From positions 372,001-436,000 of the forward strand of contig ML996705.1 of NCBI GenBank assembly GCA_010356995.1: a stretch of 64,000 nucleotides of DNA, written 5' to 3'. Position 1 is the first letter of the stretch, and each line of letters starts with the position of its first letter. The notes beneath the pieces were generated by a model. That model searched no databases. It had not been told where the DNA came from and saw only the letters and a program-made list of their open reading frames with translations. Positions 47,749 to 58,785 of this stretch are shown here, in pieces. Position numbers and translations under genes: made by a program. Origin of the DNA: Trichodelitschia bisporula. Lineage: Eukaryota.

Positions 47749-48494
47749 ATTCGTTTTTTGCGTTTTGGGTCTTGGTACCGTGGGTTAGGGCTCCTTCGGA
47801 CCAGGGTGTCGGCGGCGAAGGCGTTTCAATCCGCCTCTGCCTTCTGACCCCGTTTTTGCTCCTCATCATTCCAACATTGAGCTGGATCTGTTTGGCTCTT
47901 TCTATGTTGGTTTGCTTCAAAGTTTACGCTTGACAGCCGTTTAGAATCCCAGAACCCTGACAGGCGCGCTTCCATGCAGGTACTACAGCAGCAACCACAC
48001 CCGATCAGCTGTGAGCATGCCGCTCGGGAACGAATCCAGAGGTAGGGTATTAACTAACGAGGGGCATCTACCGCCCAGAGAGATTTTGACTCCTTGTATA
48101 AACAGTGTCTATTGCGTTCCTGTTTCGCTCTCCTCCGGTATGACGCGCGAGGCTGAGGCTTGAGGCTGTGCACGGTGTCCGAAAGCAGGATAGCGCACTC
48201 GGCTGCACTTCACTTGAGAGCTGAAGGCCAGCTCCAGAACATATGGGTGCAAGATCCTCACAACGATGGACTCTCTACTTGTGCGGGGCCCTCGCTCATC
48301 TCGCGCGAGGAGGAGTATAAAATCTGACGGCTCCTTCTACAGATAACATCCAGCGGCACAACCGCAATATCCCCTCGGAGGGACGTCGCAGATCACGACG
48401 GCCTCACTTGCAAGAGAGAAGGTACGTTACAGAGCAGCGGTTATCTCAGACTAATAGCATCAGCGCGTCCCTCTCCCGATGAGGAACAGACACC

Positions 48495-48998
48495 ATGAAG
48501 CCTTCATTTGAGTGCGCAGACGTCCTTTCGCCCCCTACCGACGCTCCCGATCGCGATTTTTACGCCGACGTCCGCGCCATGTCCCACGCCAGGCACCATG
48601 CGAAGCGGCGAAAGACGAGAAAGCCTTCGGGGTACCTCACAAAGCCGCAGAACAGGCGCCCGAACGATGCCATGATTGTGATCGCGGGTTGGAAGCAGAT
48701 TCCGAGACGGCTAGGCGGCGGGTTTTATAGGGAAGAAAACGGGGCGAATGCCAGTGAGATGGAATCGGGCTTTGCGGATGGTGATTTTGAGCTCGAGATT
48801 TGCGAATACCTGGACTGGAGGATTGAGTTGGATGCTAAGCGTGAGGCCGAGCATGAGGCCATGGAGGAGGCTAAGGCTGAGGTTTACGCTATGGCTGAGG
48901 CTCTCGCCCTTGAGGTTCTGAGTGAAGCTAGCGAGTGCTGTGGTGATGATGTGGTGCTGGAATTGAACTGGATCTGGGTCAGTGACGCTGGTGGTTAG
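48495..48998 (+). CDS. Hypothetical protein, 167 aa, basic N-half and acidic C-half
   Basis: ATG in CACC context. TATAAAA near 48316 and an apparent 5'UTR intron (gtacgt..ctaat..cag, about 48422-48463). No recognisable family. Confidence 0.45.
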   Translation: MKPSFECADVLSPPTDAPDRDFYADVRAMSHARHHAKRRKTRKPSGYLTKPQNRRPNDAMIVIAGWKQIPRRLGGGFYREENGANASEMESGFADGDFELEICEYLDWRIELDAKREAEHEAMEEAKAEVYAMAEALALEVLSEASECCGDDVVLELNWIWVSDAGG

Positions 48999-49731
48999 TG
49001 AAGACTTGTCCTAGATTTTACACGGCGGCCGTAGCGGCTAGTTTTTTGACGACTGCTAATATGTAGCAGGACCTGGCCTCGAGAAGATTCGGACGATGGA
49101 CGGACCTTCGATTGAGCTTTGGTTAATGAAAGTTGAAGAGAAAGACACGGCATATGACATTTTCCGTCGTTGCACGTCGCGGAACATGTAAAGAATGTCC
49201 AATTACTCAAATCTGCCGGAATCCGCGATGACCGTCGAGTCTCACTGTACATTAGCCACATTTTCTTCTCATGTAAACCAACCGGAAATGCCGGAATTCA
49301 AGCGAAGCATCCAGCCGGATCGAGCTGCGCGATTGCCGTCGCTCTATTCGGATTCCCGGGAATACCTTTTCAGTTCTTTTGCTTCAAGCACCATCGGATC
49401 CGTTGCAAGAGAATGCGTCTACAGTGGAGGGCCTCTACATCCGAAGGCCGCTGTCGACACTGGACTGCCTAGACAAGAAATATGTGATAGCTGCCTCAGC
49501 CTTGGGGCGTCAAGCACTCTACTCCTTTCCCCTGAAACGTCAACAGCCTCATCCCCAACACAGCTCTCATCACCTTCCCTCGGCCTTAAAAATGATCTTA
49601 ACTTCTCATCCCATTTACCATCTGTCAGCCGCAGCAAACGCCGTGTCAATCGTCTTGACCTTGCCCAGTGCGCATTGAAATGGCATCACGTCACCTCTCC
49701 ATCATGAGTCTCCGCTCGAGCTCCACACGCT

Positions 49732-49767
49732 CTTATCCGCACACCCGCCCTTATCCGCACACCCGCC
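49732..49767. repeat. Perfect 18-bp tandem duplication
   Basis: cttatccgcacacccgcc occurs twice in tandem. Confidence 0.9.
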
Positions 49768-50029
49768 GACCTCCCCGCCATCCTCCGCGCCTGTAGTTAG
49801 CCTACGATGCAACTCCAGCGCGGCGTAGATGGCCTCCAGCGGCCTTATGCGCATTGCCGCCCTTGCCCGGCATCCCGCACGCACGGCATGGCGCGGAGCC
49901 TCTACCTACTGAAGACCGCAGCATCCGAAAGACGTATAAAGACCCTCCACAAAAGCCCAGCCCATCAACTCGTCACACACACTTCCCCCTCCAGCAATCC
50001 AAAAAACGGCGCTCCACCCTGCACTCACG

Positions 50030-50402
50030 ATGAACCCCCTCAAACTCGCCCTCCTCACCCTCTTAGGCTTCGGGTGCGTCCCTCTTTCATCTCCATCCCC
50101 CTCTGATCCCAACCCACTAACCCACTCACCCGCGCAGCGCAACAACCCTCGCCACTCCCCAGGCCGTTGCCGATGCCGGCGCTGCAGCGATGGGTGGGCC
50201 GCGGCCGCAGCCGCCACCCCCGCAGCCACCCCCGCAGCAACCGCCCCCGATGATCAGGCCCCCGCCTCCGCGGCCTGCCCCGCCCCAGCCGCCGGCCCAG
50301 CCTGCGCCGCCGCCGATGAACAGGTTCCCGCCCCCGCCTGGCCCACCTGGCCAGTTTGGCCCGCCGCCGCCGCCGCCGCCTCCGCCGCTGCGGCGGGTGT
50401 AG
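50030..50402 (+). CDS. Small secreted proline-rich protein (102 aa, 2 exons)
   Basis: TATAAA near 49935. Intron 50074-50137 gives MNPLKLALLTLLGFGATTLATPQAVADAGAAAMGGPRPQPPPPQPPP...GPPPPPPPPPLRRV*. Confidence 0.78.
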
Positions 50403-51138
50403 ATGGGATGCTCGGGGTAGTAATCTCTGATACCTCGATCGAGTATGACGATGGCGGACGAGGGGGTGGGAGGGTGGAGGCGGAGCGCGGATGCAGATGC
50501 AGATCGGAGTGTATGGTGCGATTTGTGGGTTGCGTTGCGAGATTAGAACTAGGTGGTTAATATAAGGTGGATTTTGTGAGGCTGTCTGTGTTGCTGGCTT
50601 GGTCTGCTGTAGGAAATGATTGGTCCTGGTTTGGTCGATGTATGCGCCTTCAGCCTTGCGGATCAGATCTGCATGACTGGCAACCTGCACCTCTTTTGAA
50701 CTACACTTTTGCGGTGATACATGCGGAATAGCTATGCCGTTAATGCTCTGACGTCGGACGTGAAACCCTTAAACCCTAACCCCGCCCAATGATCTTCACC
50801 TCCGTACCCCAGCGGACTAAGGACCGGCCGAAAAGGTTATAGCCGCCCCATCCGCAAAGTTACCCGGTCAGATCGATCACGATTTCTTTCCAGCTGACCC
50901 TTGGACATCAACCTCGCCCAGCGACTATAACCCAAGATCGGCATTTAGTTCAAGCATCGATCAGTAAAGGTCGACTTGGCCACGCCGGAGTTTATGCACG
51001 CTGGAGATATCTCCAGGCACAAGGATGAGCGTCAATCCGCACACCACGCTCTACTCGAGCATAAAGCAGAAGGAACATTGGGCAAAGGCTAAGATACCAC
51101 GCTATCGATATCATCTTTGCCATATCTTCCCAGGCATC

Positions 51139-52107
51139 ATGTCAACCCAAAAAGCAGCCATCATAACCGGCGGCGGTACCTCACCCCTCCCCCATCCCCC
51201 CTCAGGACCCGTCTAACACCCCCGGCTAGCGGCATAGGCCTGGACGTCGCGCGTGCACTTGCCGCGCGCGGGAATTGGCACGTCCACATCGGCAGCCTGT
51301 CAGAAACCGCCGGCACCGAGGCAGCTACCTCCATTGGAGTGGCTGCAACTTCCCACTGCGTCGACGTCACGTCCTATGACCAACTCGCCGCGCTCTTCTC
51401 CGCCATGCACGCAGCCCACGGGCGGTTAGACTTCGTCTTCGCGAACGCAGGCGTCATCGACAAGACGAACTTCTATGAGAAAGTAGAGAGCCTGCCACCA
51501 CCACCGCCGCCGGATGGGTTGAGTATTGAGGTTAATCTGAGGGGTGTGGTAGGTACGGTGTGGCTGGAACTGCATTACATGCGTGCGGTTAGGAAGGGGA
51601 GGGGGGAGCAGAGTGTGTGCGTTACGAGTAGTTGTGGGGGGTTGTATCCGACGGGGTTTTGTCCCGTATACACCGGGGTAAGTGAACTTTGGGATGAGGA
51701 TAGGGTGATGCTGATGCAGGCAGGCAAAACATGGGAGTGTGGGCTTCATGCGCGCCGTGGCGAAGCCGTTTTGGGTCTATGACAAGATACGGGTTAATGC
51801 GATTTGTCCTGGGACGGTGAGGACGGGGTTGATGGATGAGAAGAGCTGGGATTCGTTTGAGGGGGATTTGCTCACGCCCGTGGAGAAGGTTAGGGAGGCT
51901 GTGCTGCAGTTGCTGGATGGGGGAGATATGGTTGATGCGAAGGGGGTGAGGGTGTCGAAGGATGAGGTGTGGGGGTGCGCTGTGGAGGTGAATGCAGACA
52001 AGCATTACTTTCGCGAGCAGCCTGAGTTCTGCAATGAGATTATGGAAACGGTGATGCGGAATACGGATGTGACGGAGTCGGCGAATTTGGTGAGAGGTGG
52101 GAGCTGA
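51139..52107 (+). CDS. Short-chain dehydrogenase/reductase (15-hydroxyprostaglandin-DH-like); first intron acceptor abnormal, possible pseudogene
   Basis: Motifs AIITGG|ASGIG, DFVFANAG, YTG|AKHG (YxxxK) and IRVNAICPG. The frame is restored only if intron 1 is 51176-51225, which ends in GG. Confidence 0.85.
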
Positions 52108-53517
52108 GGTGGATACTGTTCGATGGATTGATAGACGGAATGGAGGCTGGAGTTCTGTTTGTTCGAAACTGGCTTACTGTGTTGCTTGGTGTAACGTCTG
52201 AAGGAATCGAAGTTCGCGCCTGGACTAGAGCTATCCCCGCACTGGAGCTCCACATGGCCGATTCGCGGCCCGCGAAATGTGGAGTGCAGAGTGGAGGAAG
52301 TGGGGCTCCGATAGGCGGGTAGGATTAGCCGCCCCCTCCAGACTAACACTGCCAATGATGGGGTAACTTGGCAGCCCTCTTGACATCGATTCCCAATTAA
52401 AGGTACGCAGATTCGAGTAATGAGCATGTGGACTATCTGTCATTGGGGTGGCCAAGTTCGTTTCCCCAAGAAGTAGTTCTCGGTTTCTGGGTTGTCGGGT
52501 ATAGGGGCCCGGAGAGTTTTCCGAGAAGCGAGCCTTGCATCAAAGTCCACCATGTCATTCAATGGCTAAGATGCTGATCTCCACGCTTTGGCCGCATCCC
52601 ATTCTGTCTTTCACCCATTGCTAGTTTCGTACCAGCTTCTCGACTAGTAGCCGAATGACCCACATGGTTGGAACTTTATTGAGCGATAGACCCTGAGGCT
52701 GACGACTTGACACATCAAAAGCGAGTCACTATATGTCAACGTCGATGGCTTCTCTGCGGAATTGGAAGACAGAGTACCCACAATGCTGTCTTGTGTAATG
52801 CCTCAACTGACGGAACAGGCCTTTAGAACCGCCGCTCTGAGGTTCATCTGACAGGCAGATCTACCAGACATCCGGGTTGCCAAAACCATCAGCAGCCACA
52901 GCGCCAACCACGCATCAATCGGCCCTGAACATCAATCCTACCAAGATTTCTGGAAAACCATGACCGGCCGGCTGGCTGCAAAATTGAGCGCCATGTCCCA
53001 AGACCACGTTGGCATGCAGAAGCAAACCCCATGTGCCAGTACCCATTGCCCAACAGGCTTCACCGTCCCAACCGCCACACACAACTAGTGCCATTTCCCC
53101 AGATTCGGGCCTTTGTTACATCATTAGCGGCCGGTAGCATGGCCAGCTTCGTCGCCCCGGCCCTATTCGCAGCCCACTTCCCCAGACTTTCCCCGCGTCG
53201 AGGCGACCGCAAGCTCTGGACAACCTCACCACTCCAGACATCAATCTAGACTCCTCGCCAGCCCTGCCTCTGCATTGGCTACCAGACCCGTGGCAAACGG
53301 TGACGCCGGTATGCCGCCGCCCACGCGACCCCAGATACCGCCTAGCCGCCTGCCGCAAGCGCCCCCAGGCGAAAGTCAACGGCCGCAGCCACGAGGATGC
53401 CGACACCGCCATCGCCGTGCCCGGAGCAGCTTATCCGCCGTCGCAACCGCGCCGCTCGGTGTAGGATATGAATGACGCGCATTCCACTCCCGTCCCTCAG
53501 CACTCCTCACCGCCCCC

Positions 53518-55422
53518 ATGGCCACAGAAAAGCCCTCCCTCCACCTCACCGAGGACGCGCGCTCGTCGCCCCCGGACTCGCACCATGAACTCAACGCCGA
53601 GGAGATCAAGGGGCGCGACTTCACCGTCGACCAAGATGCGCTGCCGCCGGGCTACTTCACGTCGTTCAATTTCCTAGGGTCGATGTTCGCGATGGGCGCG
53701 TCGTTGGGCGCGGGCGTTGCTTCGTTTGCTATGATTGCGCCGGTACTCTCGTATGTCAATGCCGATATTGGCCCGTCGCCGAATCTGACCTGGGTTGCGT
53801 TGGCGTATCTGCTTACCACGTCTGTGGGCTTTCTGATTGTCGGTCGCGTGACGGATATTTTTGGTCGGCGGTGGACTTTCATCGGGGGTAGTGTTTTGGC
53901 GACGGTGGGCAGCATTGTGTGTGCGACGGCGCCGAATGTCAATGCTCTCATTGCGGGCGAGACGCTCCTGGGACTGGCGAGCTCTTCGCAGCTGTCCTAT
54001 GTTTTTGCCGTCAGTGAGCTGGTCCCCATTAAATGGCGCTTCCTGGGACAGGGCTACGTGTAAGTTCTCTCTGACTCCCAGTGCGGAAAGAAGCATTCTG
54101 ACCAGAGTAGCTGCATCTGGGGCATCCCCGGCTCGGGCCTCGCGCCTGTGATCGCGTACAGCTTCGTGTTCAAGACCAACGTCGGCTGGCGCGGTGTTTT
54201 CTACCTCCTGATCGCACTGAACGCGTTGATCACGGTCGCCTGGGTCCTGTGCTACCACCCACCCGACTTCAAGATGAAGCACGGCAACGCGCGCAAGTGG
54301 CAGTACATCAAGGAATTCGACTACATCGGCCTACTCATGGTGGTCCTGGGCATGTTACTGTTCCTCATGGGCATCTCGTGGGGCGGCGTGCTGTACCCGT
54401 GGAAGTCGGCGCATGTCATCAGTACCATCGTCGTCGGCTTCGCTCTGCTCGTTGCGTTTGTGCTGTACGAGATTTACATGCCTCTCAAGGAGCCGGTCGT
54501 CCCGATGTACCTGTTCAAGAACCGCGGGTGGAACGTCACGGTCATAATCTGGGCCCTGGGCGCAAGCGTGTATTACTCGCTCGCGCTGCTGTACCCAAAC
54601 ATGGTCGCGGTGCTGTACAGCAACAACCACGGCATCATGTGGGTAGGCTGGGCGTCGTGCGTGTCCAACAGCGCGATCCTGTTCGGCGAGTACTTTGTGC
54701 CGCTCGGGATGATGTTTCCAAAACGGACCATGCAAATCTGGGGCACATTCACCATCGGCGCCATCTTTGTTGCAGGTACGTCGTCTCCTCATCTCTTAAA
54801 ACCTCAATGACCTAACCCTCCAGCCGCCGCAGCCTGTGGGCCTAACACCCCGGTCATGGCCATGGTCCTCATCTTCATCGGTGCCGCTTTCACCGGCTAC
54901 TGCGAAGTGGGCTGCTGCAGCGTTTCGACGATTGTGATCGACGATCAACGTGAAATTGGCACGGCGACGGGACTGGCGGCATCGATTCGCACCGCTGTGT
55001 CGACTGTGTGCTCAACGTGAGTGTCCGCTCCTGTTTCTCCCAGTGAGCCGCGCTGACTGTACAGTGTTTACACCACCGTACTGGCCAACCGCCTCGCGAC
55101 CACCATCCCGAACCGCGTGCCGTCGGCGCTGACATCAGCGGGGCTGCCCTCGGGGTCGGTAACGGCGTTCTTGGGTGCTGTGAGCACTGGGAGCGCAAGC
55201 GCGTGGGAGGCGGTCGAGGGACTGACGCCCGAAATCCGAGAGGCAGGAATGAATGCGTATCGCCTGGCCAACTCGGATGCGTACAGGACGGTTTTTTTGA
55301 CGACGATTGCGTTCTCCGGGCTTGGAATTATCTGCGGCGCGTTTTACCCCAACATGGACCATAAGGTCACCAGTGAGGTTTCCGTGCAGATCCAACAGAA
55401 AGCGGAGAAATCGGAGGCCTGA
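53518..55422 (+). CDS. MFS transporter, TRI12 (trichothecene efflux)/siderophore-transporter-like
   Basis: Motifs LPPGYFTS..FLGS, INADIGP-like, GRVTDIFGRRW, SELVPIKWR, YHPPDF and DDQREIGTATG. Three GT-AG introns. Confidence 0.9.
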
Positions 55423-55579
55423 AGTCGTTGGAGTGGCAGTGTCTGGGAAAAATAGAAGCTTGTACTCCAGCAAAACTGTGACAGCCTTCGTAAACTGCAT
55501 ACAAGCATTTTTGGCTTGGACTCTCCCATCGTTGCCGTATGATCTGGTGTCCCGTCTTCAAGATTTCCCAGCGGCCTAC

Positions 55580-55901
55580 TGATGTGGACATGGAAGGAGG
55601 ATTCTTATACCAGGAAGGTACAAGGGGTAGGTGAAAAAGTCGTGTCGCGCATTCGTCGGTGGCCTCTAACAACAGCCGCGTGGGAGGTGACACAACTTTT
55701 TCACCTAGCCCTTGGTACATAAATCCGTACTGCGCGGACATGATGTAATGAGCGTATGGTAAAGGAAGGAGCAAAGGAGGATACTTGGCATCGTGCATTT
55801 AAGTCTCGGGAGACTCTTCCTCTCTTCCTCTCTCTGTCTTCTACTTCAATCTTCAGCGTACACAGTTGCCGTTGCTCGTGTTAGAGCTTTGCTCCCATTA
55901 C
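55580..55901. repeat. Dispersed non-coding element, copy C (interrupted by a MITE)
   Basis: Colinear with 8623-8846 on both sides of the 55621-55715 insertion. Confidence 0.88.
55621..55715. mobile_element. 95-bp MITE-like insertion, Tc1/mariner-type (TA flanks)
   Basis: The left end CAAGGGGTAGGTGAAAAAGTCGTGTC and the right end GACACAACTTTTTCACCTAGCCCTTGG are near-perfect inverted repeats. TA lies at 55619-20 and 55716-17. The insertion is absent from the homologous position in copy B. Confidence 0.78.
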
Positions 55902-57383
55902 TTACGTTGGTAGTTCTACTGCAGATAACCCCGCTCCGATCCCGCTGAATGAAGCATCACCCATGTATGATCGCCCTCGTCCCACCCCCGGTTCCCCTCC
56001 CTGCAGGCCACGCGAAACGTGCATCCGTGGACCGTGGGCCGCGTTTCGCGAGCTGGATCGTGCGGGGCTGATCATAGCGGGGTCGAAGCCTGGTGTGATG
56101 CGGTTGCTGAGCGACTTGACTCTTTTGGTGATGGTCTGTGTTGAACACTGCTGCATATGCTAATCATAAGCGGGCACGGCAGGTCAGGCGGACCCTGGAG
56201 GCTCTTGGCGAAGAGAAATGTGTGACGGCGGGACGCTGAAGAGGTCGAGGACGGGAGGTACGGCTTCCGCGGGCTGAGCATACCGTACTGCAGTAGTTCT
56301 AAGGCCGAGCATGTGAGTGTCCTGCGCAGAACTAATCTGGGAGACGAAACATAGAGCTGATACTCCGATATCAACAGGACGAACAGAGTGTGTGGGCTAA
56401 GCGGCCGAGGTTACCAGGGCAATCCCTGAAATATGGCTGCGAACTGCACAAGCTGCTTTCACCGCCTGCATGTCGTGTGGAGAAGACCCAAATGCTTGAA
56501 TTCGCAACAATCCATCTCTAACTCAAGTCTCTGGATTTGAAGCCGCGGTTCACAGTCTTCGGTCATTACACCGAGAAAAACGGCCGTGTCAAGTTCAGCC
56601 CCTCCCGTTGACGTCGGCAGACGTCGCCTGAAGTGGCAAGGAGATTCATTCACCATGCAATCGGCGTTCTAGCTTAGGGATAGCGGGGAGCCAAATGGTC
56701 CGGCGAAGCCAAATCACCGCGCCAGCAACATCGTCCGAGCAGGACGCGAGGACCGCGAAGCTTTTTGCGAGTCAATTGACGCTGAGTCTCCAACTCTACG
56801 ACGTTCAAAAAGAATGGAGAAATGTCTTCCTCAGCATCGCATCAACTTCGTAATTCGTCCAGTGTCCTTTAAAGCGCACTATTTCTTCCGTTACTAACCA
56901 ATGGCAAATGCATGATCTTCTACTCTTGTGTCGAATGCGTCCATGACTCGCGTCCCCAGCGCCGAGCCAACGCCCCTCGAGCCATCGTCCACGCCAGACC
57001 GCGGAGGCGCATCTTAGCATGAGGCCAGACGAGCGAATGTCGTAACACCCAGTAGGAATGGCTTGCGGCTGCCGAATTCTCGGTTTGAAGTACTAAAACC
57101 CGGGGTCGCCGCCCCTGCGTGTTTGCGGAGAAGTCTGGAACGTGAGATCCGCTGGAGCTGCCTGTGCCATCTTTAACCAGGAAGATCCCATTATCATCTG
57201 CCTTTGCTTTTGGATACTTGAACGTCATCACCTCTACCACGCAAACGAGCTTCGTATTCGGTCTTGCCTGTGTCGCTGCAGGTCGATCATAGTGCGCAAG
57301 GTATCCACAGCTCCTTGAACGGCGAGCACCAATCCCCAGGATCTAGGGACCACTCCACGGAGGGAGAGCGAAGATAGCCGACA

Positions 57384-58785
57384 ATGGTGGTGCTGCAGGA
57401 AAAAGATCCTGAGTTCCTGGCGGAGATGATCATTTGGGCCCAAAAGTTTCCCGACTTTCCGACCGACATGGCGCCCTGGGCTGATCCGGAATGGCTGGCC
57501 CGTACGAACTATCAACGCTGTCAGACATTCAGCATTATCATGGGGATAATCAGCACCATCGTCCTCTGTGCGCGGTTATGGGCCCGTCGGCGCGTCAAGG
57601 GCATGGTCTTCGGCTGGGATGACTGGTGGATCATACCCGGGCAGGTGCTGAGTCTCATCCTCATGGTCATTCAGCTCCTGATGTTCCATGTTGGCGGGCT
57701 GGGACACAGGGCGTACGCGCTGTCATTGAAGCGCATTCTGATTTCACAGAAGGTGGGTGCGGGATAGTAGGGCGTCGAGTGTCCACTGACAGTTTTAGCT
57801 CGAATTCGCCGCTGTGATAGTCTACTTCACCGCTGTCACCTGTATCCGCATCTCGATCACTTGCTTCCTCTACCGACTCATGGCGCTCACCTCGAGGACA
57901 AAGCGGCGGATCCTCGACGTAACCGTAGTCATCATCGTCATGTCGTGGGTGCTCCAGTGCCTTCTGTTTATCTTCGCCTTCGACCCCATTGCCGCAGCGT
58001 GGGATTTCAAGCTGCGCCTGCACGCCCACGAGAACTTCGACCTAGCGAACGACATCTTCATCTTCTCCATCATCTACCTGATCACTGACATATGGCTTCT
58101 GATCCTGCCCCTGCACACTGTCTGGACGATGCGTCTCCCGCTGCGCACCCGCCTCGGCGTGACATGGATCTTTATTTTCGGCGGCGTGGCTTGCGCCGGC
58201 GCGATCCTGAAATGCGTCTTCATCTACCCGGTGTTCCACTCCTACGATCCGTTATGTACGTTTTTTCCAGCTGGGAGAAGGGATGAGGCTAACGCGCTTA
58301 GGGAACGGCGTCGGCTTCACGACCGGGAGCTCCATTGAAGTCACCTTCGGCATTATTTCCTCGTCCATGCCCGCGCTGAACCACCTCCTGACGAAGAAGC
58401 TGCCGAACACGGTAGAGTCGGTGCTTGGCTCCGAGCGGTACACGCGCTGGTTTGGGAGTGGGAGCAGTAGTGATCGACAGAACGCGCCGCGTTCGTTTAA
58501 GGATTCCTTCATGGATGGCGCGAAGCATATCAGCCGGGTCGGGAATATGCACGTGCCGATTGATGAGGAGGCTCCTCCCTTGCCAACGTTAAGAGATGAG
58601 GGGGACGTGATTGGGAAGGAAACCATGGGGGGTTGGTATGGGAAAGGTGGCAAGGCAGGCGGTATGTTTATTGCGCCGTCTTTGGTGGCAACAGGCTGAC
58701 TGGAGCAGATGTGCCGAGTGAGACTTCACAGGAGCAGGTGTTCAGCAAGAATATCAACGACGAGTCGTGGCTGCATGTGCCATAG
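57384..58785 (+). CDS. PTH11-like integral membrane protein (fungal rhodopsin-domain GPCR-like, no CFEM)
   Basis: Motifs ARLWARR..FGWDDW, IRISITCFLYRL, TDIWLLILPL..VWTMRL and IEVTFGIISSSMPAL. Three introns; stop at 58783-58785. Confidence 0.87.

Noticed and set aside
47811..47841. T-arm-like hairpin downstream of tRNA-Ser
   Set aside because: No cloverleaf or A-box can be assembled.
50763..50783. Telomere-like aaacccttaaaccctaaccc
   Set aside because: Too short and imperfect to call an interstitial telomere.
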